A stretch of DNA of 64,000 nucleotides from Vulcanimicrobiota bacterium (GCA_963777315.1 CAVZQC010000004.1:288001-352000), one strand, 5' to 3'; counted from the stretch's first letter, positions 1 to 11,393 are shown. Notes: generated by a model not told the origin, from the sequence alone. Program-made: numbers and translations.

Positions 1-1144
1 TCGCGGTACGCCGTCGAGCTCGATGAAGCGGTGCATCGCAACGGGGTTCGCGGCTTGAGCTGATTTTGCGTCGGTCCTGCGCGGACGCACTGAAACGCCC
101 GCCGACGCCGATTTGCTCAAATGGGTGGCATGCGGGCGCATCATCGAAGCCGCGAACGCCGCCGATTCGCTGCACGCGGTGCGCTACGCTCAGGCCGCGG
201 TCTCGGCGGCACGCCAGTACGGCGCGCCGTTCATCGAATGTTTGGCCGTCATCGCGCTGGCGACGTTCGATACGATGCGGTTCGAAGACCATATGCGCAT
301 CGCAATCAACTTGGCCGAGCGGTGCGATTCACCGCAGCTCGTGTCGGCAGTCTACGCCGTCGCGGACAAGCGCGCCGAGCGCGGCATGCTGTCGCCCTTC
401 ATGCAGCGGCTCGAACGCCGGCGAGAAGAGCGAGTGCCGGTTCTCGAGGTGCAACTCGCCGGCGGCGAGGTGCGCAGTGCGGGCCAGCCGGTTTCGCTTT
501 CGGAGCGCGAATTTGCGCTGCTGGTCGCGCTGGCGCTCAGACGGGAAGTCGTGCCCCGCTCGCGGCTGGCGGATCTGCTGTGGCCCGAGCTGGACGACTA
601 CGCGGCGCGCAACGCGCTCAGCGTTTGCCTGCACCGTTTGCGCCATCACCTGGGCAACGATGCGGCAATCGTCCGCAGCAGGGAGGGATATGCTCTGCAC
701 GACGACGTCAGCGTCGATCTTTGGGAGATCGATCGCGCCGTTGCCGGACTGCGTTCCCGCCCCGCGCTTTCCGACGGCGAGCGGCGCATTCTGACGGGCA
801 TGCATGAAAAACTGCGGGCGCGAAGGCCCGACCGGATGCTGCAGTGGGAGTGGTTTGAGGCGACGGACCGGCACTTGAACGAACTGCGTTTGGAAGTCGC
901 CGGCCGCCTTGGCAAGGACGCGCTCAGCCACGGCGATCCGCACCGTGCGCTCGAGCTCGCGCGCGAGATGATCGGATACGATGCCTGCGATGAATCGGCT
1001 CGCCAGATCGCGATCACCGCACATCTGGCCGTCGGCGACCGCGGCGCGGCGCTGCGCCAGTACCGCCAGTACCGCGACATTTTGGCTTCGGAACTGCAGG
1101 TCGAACCGTCCAGCGAGATCAAGCATCTGGTGGGTTTGCCGTGA
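1..1144 (+). CDS. BTAD/SARP-type transcriptional activator (winged helix + BTAD), 5'-truncated by the window edge, apparent +1 frameshift at ~58
   Basis: LSEREFALLVALA...RSRLADLLWPELDDYAARNALSVCLHRLR and DACDESARQ...GDRGAALRQY...ELQVEPS. Frame 1 (SRYAVELDEAVHRNGVRGL) joins frame 2 (ADFASVLRG) if one A at ~58 is removed. Confidence 0.85.
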
Positions 1145-1710
1145 TCGGTCTGCTGCTGTCGGCACTGCTGCACTACGACGTGCTGATTTCCGCCGGGCAC
1201 GAGGGCCGCCCGCAAAGTTGCTCGAGTTTTCCCAAGCATCACTGCAACTTGGGCGCGCCGGGCGAACGGGAATGGACGCCCATCGTTGCGGATGCGGCGA
1301 CGAACGTTTTACGCGGACGCGGTTACTCGGTGGCGCGCGAGCCGGCGGATTTCGCCGGCACCTACGACGTCGGAGCGGCGATCTTCATCCACTTCGACGG
1401 CATCGCCGTTCCCTGCACGAGCCGGGCGTCGATAGGCTATCACACGCAGGCTTCCAAGGCTGCCGCCGACCTGTGGCGAGCTGAATACGGCGCGGTGTTT
1501 CCGTTCGGTTTCCAGCCCGACAATTTCACGCGCAATTTGCGCGACTACTACGGACTTCGCCAAGTGCACGCACGGGACGGCGCGCTGGTGCTCGAACTTG
1601 GCGAAATCACGTGCCCCGCGCAAAAGCGATGGCTCGCGTCGCGATTGCAGTGGGAAGGCGAGTTCATCGCCGACTTCGTCACGCAGCTTCTGCAGCACGC
1701 CGTGAAGTAA
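1141..1710 (+). CDS. N-acetylmuramoyl-L-alanine amidase (Amidase_3-like), secreted
   Basis: VLISAGHEG, IFIHFDG and LVLELGEI zinc-amidase motifs; hydrophobic N-terminus; GTGA overlap with upstream gene. Confidence 0.75.
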   Translation: MIGLLLSALLHYDVLISAGHEGRPQSCSSFPKHHCNLGAPGEREWTPIVADAATNVLRGRGYSVAREPADFAGTYDVGAAIFIHFDGIAVPCTSRASIGYHTQASKAAADLWRAEYGAVFPFGFQPDNFTRNLRDYYGLRQVHARDGALVLELGEITCPAQKRWLASRLQWEGEFIADFVTQLLQHAVK

Positions 1711-1740
1711 ATCGGCGTCCGGCGCCTAACAAGGCGCCTT

Positions 1741-4700
1741 ATGCGTGGGATGTTTGCGTTATGTGTCGCGGCGCTGGCGTTGTGTGCGGCCGCGCCGTCT
1801 TCCGATCCCTTTGCGCAACTGCGCTTTCGCAACGTCGGACCGCAAGTGTCGGGTGGACGGCTGGGCGCGGTTGCGGGAACGGATGCCGATTCCTCGCTGT
1901 ATTATGCAGGCGCGGCGGGCGGGGGCGTATGGAAGACGACGGATGCCGGACAGCAATGGGTGCCGGTATTCGACAAGCAGGACGTGCAGTCGATCGGATC
2001 GATCGCCATCGACCCGTCAAACTCGAACGTCGTATGGGTAGGCAGCGGCGAAGGCGCGCCGCGCAACGACGTAATCCAAGGCGACGGCGTCTATCGAACG
2101 GCCGACGGCGGCAAGGCTTGGCACCGTGTGCTGGCACTGCGCAACGCGCTGGTTGCACGCATCTTGATCGATCCGCGAGATTCGAGCACGGTGCTCGTCG
2201 GCGTGCTCGGCGATCCGTTTGCCGATTCGACCGAGCGAGGCGTGTACCGCACGTCGGACGGCGGCCGGACGTGGAGCAAAACGCTGTACCTTACACCGCG
2301 CACCGGCGTTTCCGACATGGATTCGCTGCCTGCGCAGCCCGGTGTAGTATACGCGGGGATGTGGGATTACCGGCGCACCGGCTGGAGCTCGGACAGCGGC
2401 GGACGAAGCGGCGGATTGTTCAAGTCCTTCGATTTCGGCGCGACGTGGCAACGGCTGAGCGGCAACGGCTTGCCGGGCGCACCGACCGGGCGCATCGGCA
2501 TCGCGATCGCGCCCTCCAATCCACAGCGCGTCTACGCGCTGATCGAATCGAAGCAGGGCTTGCTCTGGAGAAGCGACGACGGGGGACGCAGACTGGCGCG
2601 CGATCAGCGACAACACGCTGATCGACGAGCGGCCGTTTTATTACACTCACGTGTTCGTCGATCCCACGGATCAGAATCACCTGTGGGCCCTGTCGGTCAA
2701 CATCGCCGTCAGCTCGGACGGCGGTAAAACCTGGCGCGTCGGAGCGCACGGCGTTCACGGCGACAATCACGGTATGTGGATTTCGCGGGATGCCAAACGG
2801 ATCATCGAGGCGAATGACGGCGGTCCGTCGTTTTCGTTCGACGATGGCGCGAGTTGGGCCATGCCGCATAATCTTCCGATCGCGCAGCTGTACCACATCG
2901 GGTACGATCGGCAGCGTCCCTATCACGTCTGCGCGCCGCTGCAGGACAACGGCGTGTGGTGCGCGCCCAACGATGGGCTGGACGACTCGGGAATCAGCTC
3001 CTCGCAATGGCGCAGCATGGGCGGCGGTGACGGCACCTGGGTAATGCCGGATCCGAGTGACGCCCACATCGTTTGGTTCAGCAGCGGCGGCGGTAACGCG
3101 CAAGGCGAGCTCGCCTATGTCGACCTGCGCTCCGGCGCAGTGGCGTACGTGCAGCCGTATCTGCGCGACCAGAACGTGGTCGATCCGAAAGTCTTGGCGT
3201 ACCGGTTCAACTGGGAAGAGCCGTTTGCGTTCGATCCGTTCGATCCCCACCATGTATGGGTCGGGGGAAACGTCCTGTTTTCCACGATCGATCGCGGCAA
3301 GCACTGGCGCGTGGTGAGCGGCGACCTCACCCGAAACCTCAAAGCGCATCAAGTGATCACGGGCGGCATCACGCTTGACGGCACGGGTGCCGAAACGTCG
3401 GACACGATCTTGTACATCGAGCCCTCGAAGATCCGTCGCGGACAGATATGGGTCGGCACCGACGATGGTGTGCTGCAGCTGACGCGCGACGGCGGCGTAC
3501 ATTGGCACGATGTGACGCCGTACGGCGTGCGGCACGCCGGCGCAACGGCAAGCTACGGGCGTTTCTCGGGCGTGTCGGCATCCCCGCACGATCCCGCAAC
3601 CGCCTATGCCGTCTACGACGCGCACATGGTCGGCGATCCGGCGCCGCACGTGTACGTTACGCACGACTACGGCGCGCGCTGGAGCGACGTGTCGCGCGGG
3701 TTGCCCGGGCAAATGCCCGCGCGCACCGTGCGAATCGACCCCCGCAATCCGCAGCTGGTGTACGTGGGCCTGGACAACGGGCTGTGGGCTTCCTTCGACG
3801 CGGGTGAGCACTGGCGCAATCTGGCGCTCAACCTTCCGGCGGTTGCGGTTCGCGATATCGCCGTGCAGCCCGACACCGGCGATTTGCTCCTGGCCACACA
3901 CGGCCGTGCCGTCTATATTCTGGACGATGCTACGCCGCTGGAGAAATACGCCGACGTCATGCTCAGTCCGGCGAATCTGCGCGATCGCATTTTTCCGATC
4001 CGGCCGGCGTATCAATGGAATCTGCACCAATTTTACGGGACGCCCGTGGACGGAGCGGGGCCGCCGTACGGCGCGCTCGTGACGTTCTATTTGGACGGCG
4101 CGCGCAACGGTCTGAGCGCGCACATCGTCGACGCGCGCGGACGTTCGGTGCGCACCTTCACGGCAAAGGAACTGGGCGGCCATAGCGGTTTCAACAGGCT
4201 CGCGTGGGATACGACCGAGGACAAACCGGTCGACTGGAAATTCACGCCCGCCTGGAATCAAGGCGTGAGCGCGGGCGCGCCGGTAGTGCCGGGCGTCTAT
4301 ACGTTCGTGCTGCAAGCCGGTGCGGAAACGTTGCGCGCGCCGATAACGGTTCGGCAGGATCCGCGCACGCATTTCACGCAGGCGCAGCTGCGCAGCGGTT
4401 ATGAATCGATGCACCAGCTGCTCTCGGACTTCGGACGGGTGAATTCAGCGCTCAACGTGCTTTCAACCGTGCTGAACGAAGCGCCGCTGCGGGCAGCGCA
4501 ACTCGGCGCCCGCAGTCAGGGCGGTCTGGCGTTGCGCGTGGCCAAGGCCGCCGCGCAGGCCAAACTGCTGCTGCTGAGCATTACGCAAAACCCGGTTAAC
4601 GATCAGGACAACGATTTTCTGACCGACGTCTTGCGCGAGCGACTGCAAGCCGAGCTTGGGTACGCAGGCGGCAACTTGGGCCCGCTATCGCAGGGCGCAC

Positions 4701-4870
4701 ATTCGCAGATGGTGCAGCTGCACGCCCTTACCGACCGGCGGATGCGCGCCGTTCAAGCCTTCGAGGCCGGGCCGTTGCGCGATGTCGACGCCGGCTTGGC
4801 GGGACTAAAAATGCCGGCCCTGACGACGCTGACCAAACGGCCCGTCATGTATAATCCGGGCGGTACGTAA
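1741..4870 (+). CDS. Secreted BNR/VPS10 (sortilin-like) beta-propeller protein; +1 frameshift at ~2590
   Basis: Signal peptide and many SxDGGxTW repeats. ORFs 1741..2727 and 2651..4870 join as SDDGG-x-DWRAISDNTLIDERPFYY, colinear with the intact paralogue at 30391-33354. Confidence 0.85.
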
Positions 4871-4874
4871 GCCG

Positions 4875-5174
4875 CTACGCGGCTGCGCCGGTCGGCGCAT
4901 GCGCCAGACCCAGCTTGTCGAGGCGCACGCGAATACCGTTGGGCGTGCGCCCGAACAGTACGGCGAGATCCTCGACGGCATTGCCGCTGTCGAAAAGCCG
5001 CCGCAGCTCTTCGTCGTCGGCGCCGTTCCACGGTTTGCCGGCGTTGGGATGGGTTTCGCGCACTTTGGCGTAGGGACTAGGCCGCTTTTCGGCTACGCGC
5101 TGGAGTTCGGCCAGCAGGTCTTCCAAACGGCTGCACAAGCCGTCGATCTTCACGATCGTTTCGTCGATGTTCAT
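4875..5174 (-). CDS. Small hypothetical protein with coiled-coil N-terminus and HTH-like C-terminus
   Basis: HPNAGKPWNGADDEELRRLFDSG...LAVLFGRTPNGIRVRLDKLG; purine-rich RBS upstream. Confidence 0.65.
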   Translation of the reverse strand: MNIDETIVKIDGLCSRLEDLLAELQRVAEKRPSPYAKVRETHPNAGKPWNGADDEELRRLFDSGNAVEDLAVLFGRTPNGIRVRLDKLGLAHAPTGAAA

Positions 5175-5222
5175 CGTTCACACCCTTTCTTCTGACAAAC
5201 GACGTGGCGGCAGCGTAAGGGT

Positions 5223-7457
5223 TCAGTGTGACAGCTGGGTGGCTCGATAATGAAAACCCAATCTCGGCGGTTGCGCGAAAGCCGGATCGCCGCATTGCCA
5301 GAGCAAGAACGAGTACTCGTCGGTGAGCAGCTGTTCGTTTTGGGTCCGCGAGCCGGCCAGGAAGCCGTGACCGGCGTCGTAATCGACGCGCAGAAGTATC
5401 GGCCGTCCGCTGGTGGTGGCCCGCTGCAGCGCAATCGTCATCTTGGCGAGCTCCCATGACGAAACGCGCGGATCGTTGTAGCCGGTAACCAGCATCACCG
5501 CCGGATACGGCGTTCCGTTCACGACGTGGTGATACGCGTCCATCTCGCGTAATGCGCGGAAGCCCGCCGCGTCTTTCACGGTTCCGAATTCGGGAACGTT
5601 GGGCGGCCCGTTGGGCGTGAACTCCGAGCGCAGTGCATTGCTCACGCCCACCACGTCGAGCGCCGCGGCAAACAGATCGGGCCGTGAAGTAATCGCGCGG
5701 CCGATCGTAATGCCGCCCGCGCTGGTCCCTTCGCCGGCGAGATGCTGCTTTGCGGTGTACCTGTGCTGCACCAGATATTCACCGCACGCGATAAAGTCTT
5801 CCCAAGTGTGATTCTTGGTGGCGATCATGCCGGCCCGGTGCCAGCTTTCGCCGTACCAGCCGCCTCCCCGGGGATGGCAAACGGCAAAGACGCCGCCGCG
5901 TTCGAGCCAGGCAATCCGGGTTGCGCTAAAACCGGGCTCAAGAGTAATGCCGTAGGCCCCGTAACCTTCCAAATACGCCGGATGCGAACCGTCCAAGCGC
6001 AGACCTTTGCGATGCACGATCGACAGCGGAACCATGGTTCCATCCGCGCTTGGTGCCTGCACTTCGTCCGAGGTATACGCGGACGTGTCGACCGAAGAGC
6101 GGCTCTTCAAACCCGTGTCGGTGACGGCGCCGTTCGGATCCGCGAAATAATACTGCAGCGACTGCGTCCAGCCGGTCAACGCGAACACCGCGCCGCCGAC
6201 GCGCGGATCGGTGGCCATCAGCGGGATCGACCCTTGGAAGGGCAGCGTGACGGACGAGGCCGCCCCGGGAGCGCCGTCTTGCGCGAGCGCGATCTTGCGA
6301 ATGCGTCCGAAACCGCCTTCGCGCGAGTGCACGTACAAACCGTCGGCGGCAACGCCGATCCGCTGCACGACTTCTTTGCCTGCGGGCACGACGACGCGCG
6401 CAGCGGCGAGATCGGGCGCAGAAAGCGATGTGGCGATCACTTTGAACGTCGGGGCGTCGCGATGCGTGAGCAGAAAAATCGTGTCGCCTTTGACGTCGAA
6501 GCCCGTGACGTCGTCGGCGTCGCCGGCGATCTTTTTCCATGCCGTCCGCGCTGAAGTGAGCGCATCGGAGTTCACGTCGTAAATGTCGAGTTCATTTTTC
6601 ACGCCGTGGAGGATCAGGCCGAGCGTGTAGTGCGATGCCGGCGAGTACGCGACGATGGGAAAATCCGTCAATGCGAAGTGCATGGCGGGATCGACCCCGT
6701 AGCCGAAGACTGCCGGGTCCTCGTCCGGGTTGCGTCCCAGGACGTGCAGGTAATTTACCGCACGCGTCTCCTTCATCGTCGCCGGTTCACCCGGCGCGAG
6801 CTTGGGGAAGCGAACGTAATAAAACGATTTTCCGTCCGGCAGCCAGGACGTTACGCCGACGAAATACGCGCGTTCGATCGTATCGGGCAGCACTTTGCCC
6901 GTTGCGGTTTCGACGACGCGAATGACGGCGTTTTCCGAACCGCCCTCCGAGATGCCGTACGCAACGTGCGACCCGTCCAGCGAGGGAGAGAAGTAGTTGA
7001 TCGTATAGTGTTTGCCTGCGCTTGCGAGGCTATTGGGATCCACCAGCACCCGCTCGGCTCCGCCGTCCCGGCGCCGCACGTAGAGTTTGGGCGTGTTTTC
7101 GCCCGGTTTGAGCTTTTGATAGAAGTAGTATGGTCCGTCTATCGTTACGCCTGAGACAGTTTCGCCGGCGTTGTCGAGCTGTTTGATGCGCCCAAACAAC
7201 CGTTCCCGGGGCGCTCCGAGCAGAGCAAGGACCTTGCGCGCGTACGCGTTTTGCGTTTTGAAAAAGCGCTGCACAACCGGATCGCTCATGTCTTCGAAGT
7301 ACCGGTACGGATCGGTAACCGCCGTTCCGAAATACGTGTCGGTGACGGGTTTGGGTGCCGGCAGCGGCGGGGGAACCGGGATGGTGCGCGTCGCGGCGCC
7401 GGTTAGTCCGGCCGCGAGCACGACGGTGAAAAGAAGGCAAACCAAACGCAGGCGCAC
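5223..7457 (-). CDS. Prolyl oligopeptidase (S9A), secreted
   Basis: DTYFGTAVTDPYRYFED, GYGAYG, RGGGWYGESWH, GTSAGG nucleophile, NDPRV, AGHG. GTG start at 7457 follows AAGGAG; signal peptide. Confidence 0.92.
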   Translation of the reverse strand: MRLRLVCLLFTVVLAAGLTGAATRTIPVPPPLPAPKPVTDTYFGTAVTDPYRYFEDMSDPVVQRFFKTQNAYARKVLALLGAPRERLFGRIKQLDNAGETVSGVTIDGPYYFYQKLKPGENTPKLYVRRRDGGAERVLVDPNSLASAGKHYTINYFSPSLDGSHVAYGISEGGSENAVIRVVETATGKVLPDTIERAYFVGVTSWLPDGKSFYYVRFPKLAPGEPATMKETRAVNYLHVLGRNPDEDPAVFGYGVDPAMHFALTDFPIVAYSPASHYTLGLILHGVKNELDIYDVNSDALTSARTAWKKIAGDADDVTGFDVKGDTIFLLTHRDAPTFKVIATSLSAPDLAAARVVVPAGKEVVQRIGVAADGLYVHSREGGFGRIRKIALAQDGAPGAASSVTLPFQGSIPLMATDPRVGGAVFALTGWTQSLQYYFADPNGAVTDTGLKSRSSVDTSAYTSDEVQAPSADGTMVPLSIVHRKGLRLDGSHPAYLEGYGAYGITLEPGFSATRIAWLERGGVFAVCHPRGGGWYGESWHRAGMIATKNHTWEDFIACGEYLVQHRYTAKQHLAGEGTSAGGITIGRAITSRPDLFAAALDVVGVSNALRSEFTPNGPPNVPEFGTVKDAAGFRALREMDAYHHVVNGTPYPAVMLVTGYNDPRVSSWELAKMTIALQRATTSGRPILLRVDYDAGHGFLAGSRTQNEQLLTDEYSFLLWQCGDPAFAQPPRLGFHYRATQLSH

Positions 7458-7558
7458 GGCGTATCTCCTTGAGGCGGGCTTCCATATTACAGTCCCTTTA
7501 CGTCCGCCTCCTTGCGCCAAGAGGAGGCTCCTGCGCGTAAGCCTAAAGGCCCATAGCA

Positions 7559-10201
7559 ATGATCCGGCCCGTTGCCGCGGATGGGCGAATCGAAACCGGA
7601 GGCCCATTCACCCCTGTCGTCCGCGCGCGCGTCGTGGACCGCATTTCGTCCGCTGCTTCGCAGCGGATCGCCTTGATCGTTGCCCCCGCGGGTTACGGCA
7701 AATCGGTTGCGCTGCGTCAATACCTGCAAACCGTGGACGGTCCGCACGTGCGTTACGACGTGCGAACCGATCATTCCACGCTGCTGGGTTTCGTGCGCGG
7801 ACTGGCCGACGCGCTGCTGGAGGCCGCACCCGACGCGCGCAAGACCGTTTCGGGCGCTTATGAGAAAAGCCGATCCTCCAAATCGCCGGGCACGGATCTG
7901 GCAATGTGGATGCACGCGCACATCAAGACGTTCACGGGTCTGATCGCCATCGACGATCTGCACGTTGCCGAAAACGATCCCGAGATTTCCAAATTTTTGG
8001 TTTCGCTGATCGAGCGCACTAAAGGGCGCGCGCGCTGGATCATCGCGACTCGGTCGTCCTTGGACTTGCCGGTCGGCTCGTGGCTGGCGTACGGCGACAT
8101 GGATCTGAACATCGACGAGCAAGACCTGCGGTTCACGGTCGACGAGGCGCGCCAAACGGCCAAGGCCTCGCGAGTCGGGGTTCGCGATGAAGAGCTGGCC
8201 GAAATTCTGTCGATGACGGAAGGCTGGCCCACCGCACTCAGCTTCGCGTTGCGGACCTCGACGCGTTCGGTCGATCTGCGAAACATAGCGGCCAGCACGC
8301 GCGAGATGGTGTACCGGTATCTCGCCGAGCAGGTGTACCGCATGCTCGAACAAGACGAGCGCGAGCTGCTGCACTTTATCGCGTATTTGCCCGAAGTCGA
8401 CTTGGAAGTGCTGCGCCGCGCCGGCTACGAAAAAGCCAAGGCCGTCATCGAGGAACTGCGCGACCGCGTCGCCTTTATCTATCCCGACCGGCCCGACGTG
8501 TACCGCTGCCACGATCTGTTTCGGGATTTTCTGCAGCACCAAGTGGAGCTCGAAGGCGACGCCGTCGCCGAACGGATGCAGCGGCGCGTGGCTCAAGCGC
8601 TTGAATCCGCAGGACGCCTTCCCGAGGCGCTGTCCGTCTATACCAAAGCGCGGGCCAACGACGAGATCGTGCGGCTCCTGGAGCTGTACGGCTTCGACCT
8701 GATGGAATACGCGCACGGCGACATCGTGCAAGCGTCGATTGAAGTACTGCCGAAGGAAGTGCGCGCGGTCGATCCGATAGTTTTGGCATTGCGTGCCTCG
8801 AGCGCGCTCAATGCGGGTCGGCTGGATGCTGCCGAATCGCTGTTCGACCGCGCTTTGGAACGGTCCGGCGATTCGATTCTCAGAGCGAAGATAGCGCTTT
8901 CCTTGGCGCTCCTATTGATCAACCAGGGCCGAGACATCATTTCCCTTTTGCAAAGCGTTCGCGATGAGGCACTGCCCAAGGACCTTCTCGGCGAAATCGT
9001 GAGCCTGATGGCGGTAGGATATGCGTACAACGAGCTGCCGGACGACGCCAAACTTGCGATGGCGGAGGCTGAAAGGTTCGTGGCGGAAGTCCAGGCCGAC
9101 GAAGTAAGAGCGAAGATTCTTCAGCGGATCGGCGTGACGGCGTTGAACCTGCAGATGCCGCTGGAAACTATTCTGAACATGCTTACACGAGCCAGCACGC
9201 TCGCGACCGAAAACGCAATGTACGGACTAGCGAGCCGCTCGCTGAACTTCTTGGCAAACGCCATCGAGCTTTACGAAGACAAGGACGACACGGCGAGAAC
9301 CGTATGGTACGCCCAGCAATCCGTGACTGCAGCGATGAAGGCCGGCGATCGCATGAGTTTGCAGAGCGCGCTGCTTCAGCTGGTTCACATCGAAACGAGG
9401 CGCGGTAACCTCGAACGACTGCTCGCGCTCGAGTCGCAGTACATCGCGACCTCGACGACCGATGCTGCCCGTATGGGGTACATCATGCCGGCCAAAGCCG
9501 CAATTGCGGCGTGGGACGGGCGTTTCGACGAAGCGCATCGGATCATTTCGACGGTCGCAGTGAGCAGTCACTATGATTTCGACCGCGCGTTCGACGACGC
9601 GGTGCAGGCACTGTACTTGGTAGCCGATGGCCAACGCCAGCGCGCTCTGGATCTCTCGACGCGGACGCTCGCGCAACTGCAGAATTCGAGCTTTCGATAC
9701 ACCTATGGTAAGCGCATGGGCGACATGGGGCGAATGGTGTGCGCGATCGTTGAAGCTTTGGCCGGCCGGACCACTAATGCCAAACGGATCTTACAGCGCA
9801 AGCCCGAGGACGCATCTCCGTTTGCCGGCGCTCTCCACGAGGTTGCCCTGGCGTGTACGCGAGCGATTGGTACTCCGACGCTGCGGGACGATGCGAAGGA
9901 AGCGTTGGACCAGTTATCGGCGGTCGGCTACGGGGGAATCAGCCGGACCATCGAAAAGGCGCTGGAACGTTGCCTGAAGTCCGAGGGTGCGGTCTCAGGC
10001 GTCTCCTTGACCACAGCGGAGAGCGAAGTGCTCAAGGCGCTCGCCGACGGCAAGAGTCCAAAGGACATTGCCCTTGAAACCGGCCGCAGCGTGTATACGA
10101 TTCAAGCCCACGTGCAGAACCTCATTAAGAAGTTAGGTTGCAGTGGGCGTAATGAGGCTCTGAAGGTGGCTCGTAAGAAGGGCCTAGTGAACTTTAATTA
10201 G
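7559..10201 (+). CDS. MalT-like STAND ATPase / LuxR-family transcriptional regulator
   Basis: Walker A APAGYGKS, IAIDDLH, TEGWP, YRYLAEQV, helical TPR-like middle, C-terminal LuxR HTH (LTTAESEVLKALADGKSPKDIA...TIQAHVQNLIKKLG). Confidence 0.92.
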   Translation: MIRPVAADGRIETGGPFTPVVRARVVDRISSAASQRIALIVAPAGYGKSVALRQYLQTVDGPHVRYDVRTDHSTLLGFVRGLADALLEAAPDARKTVSGAYEKSRSSKSPGTDLAMWMHAHIKTFTGLIAIDDLHVAENDPEISKFLVSLIERTKGRARWIIATRSSLDLPVGSWLAYGDMDLNIDEQDLRFTVDEARQTAKASRVGVRDEELAEILSMTEGWPTALSFALRTSTRSVDLRNIAASTREMVYRYLAEQVYRMLEQDERELLHFIAYLPEVDLEVLRRAGYEKAKAVIEELRDRVAFIYPDRPDVYRCHDLFRDFLQHQVELEGDAVAERMQRRVAQALESAGRLPEALSVYTKARANDEIVRLLELYGFDLMEYAHGDIVQASIEVLPKEVRAVDPIVLALRASSALNAGRLDAAESLFDRALERSGDSILRAKIALSLALLLINQGRDIISLLQSVRDEALPKDLLGEIVSLMAVGYAYNELPDDAKLAMAEAERFVAEVQADEVRAKILQRIGVTALNLQMPLETILNMLTRASTLATENAMYGLASRSLNFLANAIELYEDKDDTARTVWYAQQSVTAAMKAGDRMSLQSALLQLVHIETRRGNLERLLALESQYIATSTTDAARMGYIMPAKAAIAAWDGRFDEAHRIISTVAVSSHYDFDRAFDDAVQALYLVADGQRQRALDLSTRTLAQLQNSSFRYTYGKRMGDMGRMVCAIVEALAGRTTNAKRILQRKPEDASPFAGALHEVALACTRAIGTPTLRDDAKEALDQLSAVGYGGISRTIEKALERCLKSEGAVSGVSLTTAESEVLKALADGKSPKDIALETGRSVYTIQAHVQNLIKKLGCSGRNEALKVARKKGLVNFN

Positions 10202-10268
10202 GTACACCCACGCCGCGAGGCTGTATTCTTAAGGAGAAGCTACTCTTATATAGGAGCGAATTCGCAAC

Positions 10269-10346
10269 ATGATCACCGCCTTCGCCGTGGCCGCCCTGCT
10301 CGGCCTAATCATCTGCTCCGGTATCTCGCCGGGCACAGTCGGCTAG
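10269..10346 (+). CDS. Putative 25-aa secreted or membrane peptide MITAFAVAALLGLIICSGISPGTVG
   Basis: ATG 10269 to TAG 10346; AGGAG at 10252-10256; hydrophobic core plus Gly/Pro tail; fills the LuxR-HD-GYP gap; below the ORF track cutoff. Confidence 0.6.
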   Translation: MITAFAVAALLGLIICSGISPGTVG

Positions 10347-10377
10347 CGCTACTCCCAAAACACGTAGGAACGCGAAC

Positions 10378-11361
10378 ATGGAAGTGTACACCTTGCCGGC
10401 CGCCGCGTCGGTACTTTCAGGCGACCTTCGCCGTCTGACCAAACTCGTCGTCGAGCATTTGCACGACCCGAGTTTGTTTGCCGATCCGGCCCTCGAGTCG
10501 TCGATGGAGCTGATCCTGGACCGGTTCTGTCTCTCGGTCCAACTTTCCAAACCCGTGGGCTTGGCAACGTGGGCCGTTCGCGAGGGACGCCGGCTGGGAA
10601 CCGCGCGTGCGTCGGTGCTGGCAGATGCCGCGGCGCACGTTATCGCCAGCGAGGCATCGCGCTTCCATATCGATCAGGGCCGCCTGCTGGCGCTGCTCGA
10701 AGTGCTCAAGACCGAGATTCGCTCGGCCTTGTCGGCGCTCAGCGATACGCCGGACGAACCACGTTCGGCCTATTCGGAAACCGCTACCGCGCTGCTCGCG
10801 CTGCTGGGCGAGCGCGATAACCAAACGTGCTGCCATTCCAAAGCCACGGGCGAGTGGGCGCGGCGGTTGTGCGCCGCGATGGGACTGGCCAAGGAGCGGG
10901 CCGAGTTCATCGAGTTGTGCGCGATATTGCACGACATCGGTAAGATTTCAACGCCCGACGAAATTTTGTTCAAGCCCGCGGCCTTGAGTGCCGGCGAATG
11001 GGAAATCATGCGCGACCATTCCGCCGCGGGTCAGCGAATTCTCAATCAGATTCCGTCCCTGGCGCGCTGCGCGTCGATCGTGCGCGCGCATCACGAACGC
11101 TGGGACGGACAGGGCTATCCCGACGCGCTGGCGGGCGAAACGATTCCGTTCGAAGCGCGCGTCGTGGCGGTGGCCGATGCCTTTCATGCCATGATCAGCG
11201 ATCGCCCGTATCGCAAGGCGATCGCGCCGCGCCGGGCCTTGGAGATTCTGGAGTCCGGCCGCGGCACGCAATGGGATCCCTTCGTCGTGGATGCCATGCT
11301 CGGGCTGTTCAGCGGCTCGCGCAAACAGCAAGCGCCGCAGGTCCGGGCCTCCAGCGCGTAA
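10378..11361 (+). CDS. HD-GYP cyclic-dinucleotide phosphodiesterase with helical N-terminal domain
   Basis: LHDIGK, HHERWDGQGYP, VADAFHAMISDRPYRKA. Confidence 0.92.
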   Translation: MEVYTLPAAASVLSGDLRRLTKLVVEHLHDPSLFADPALESSMELILDRFCLSVQLSKPVGLATWAVREGRRLGTARASVLADAAAHVIASEASRFHIDQGRLLALLEVLKTEIRSALSALSDTPDEPRSAYSETATALLALLGERDNQTCCHSKATGEWARRLCAAMGLAKERAEFIELCAILHDIGKISTPDEILFKPAALSAGEWEIMRDHSAAGQRILNQIPSLARCASIVRAHHERWDGQGYPDALAGETIPFEARVVAVADAFHAMISDRPYRKAIAPRRALEILESGRGTQWDPFVVDAMLGLFSGSRKQQAPQVRASSA

Positions 11362-11393
11362 GCGATTCCCACATACCGGGTCGTGGGCAGACG

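Noticed and set aside
2420..4414. Long antisense or alternate-frame ORFs (also 32590-34197, 41674-43677, 55762-57423)
   Set aside because: Shadows of real genes in high-GC DNA; no recognisable motifs.
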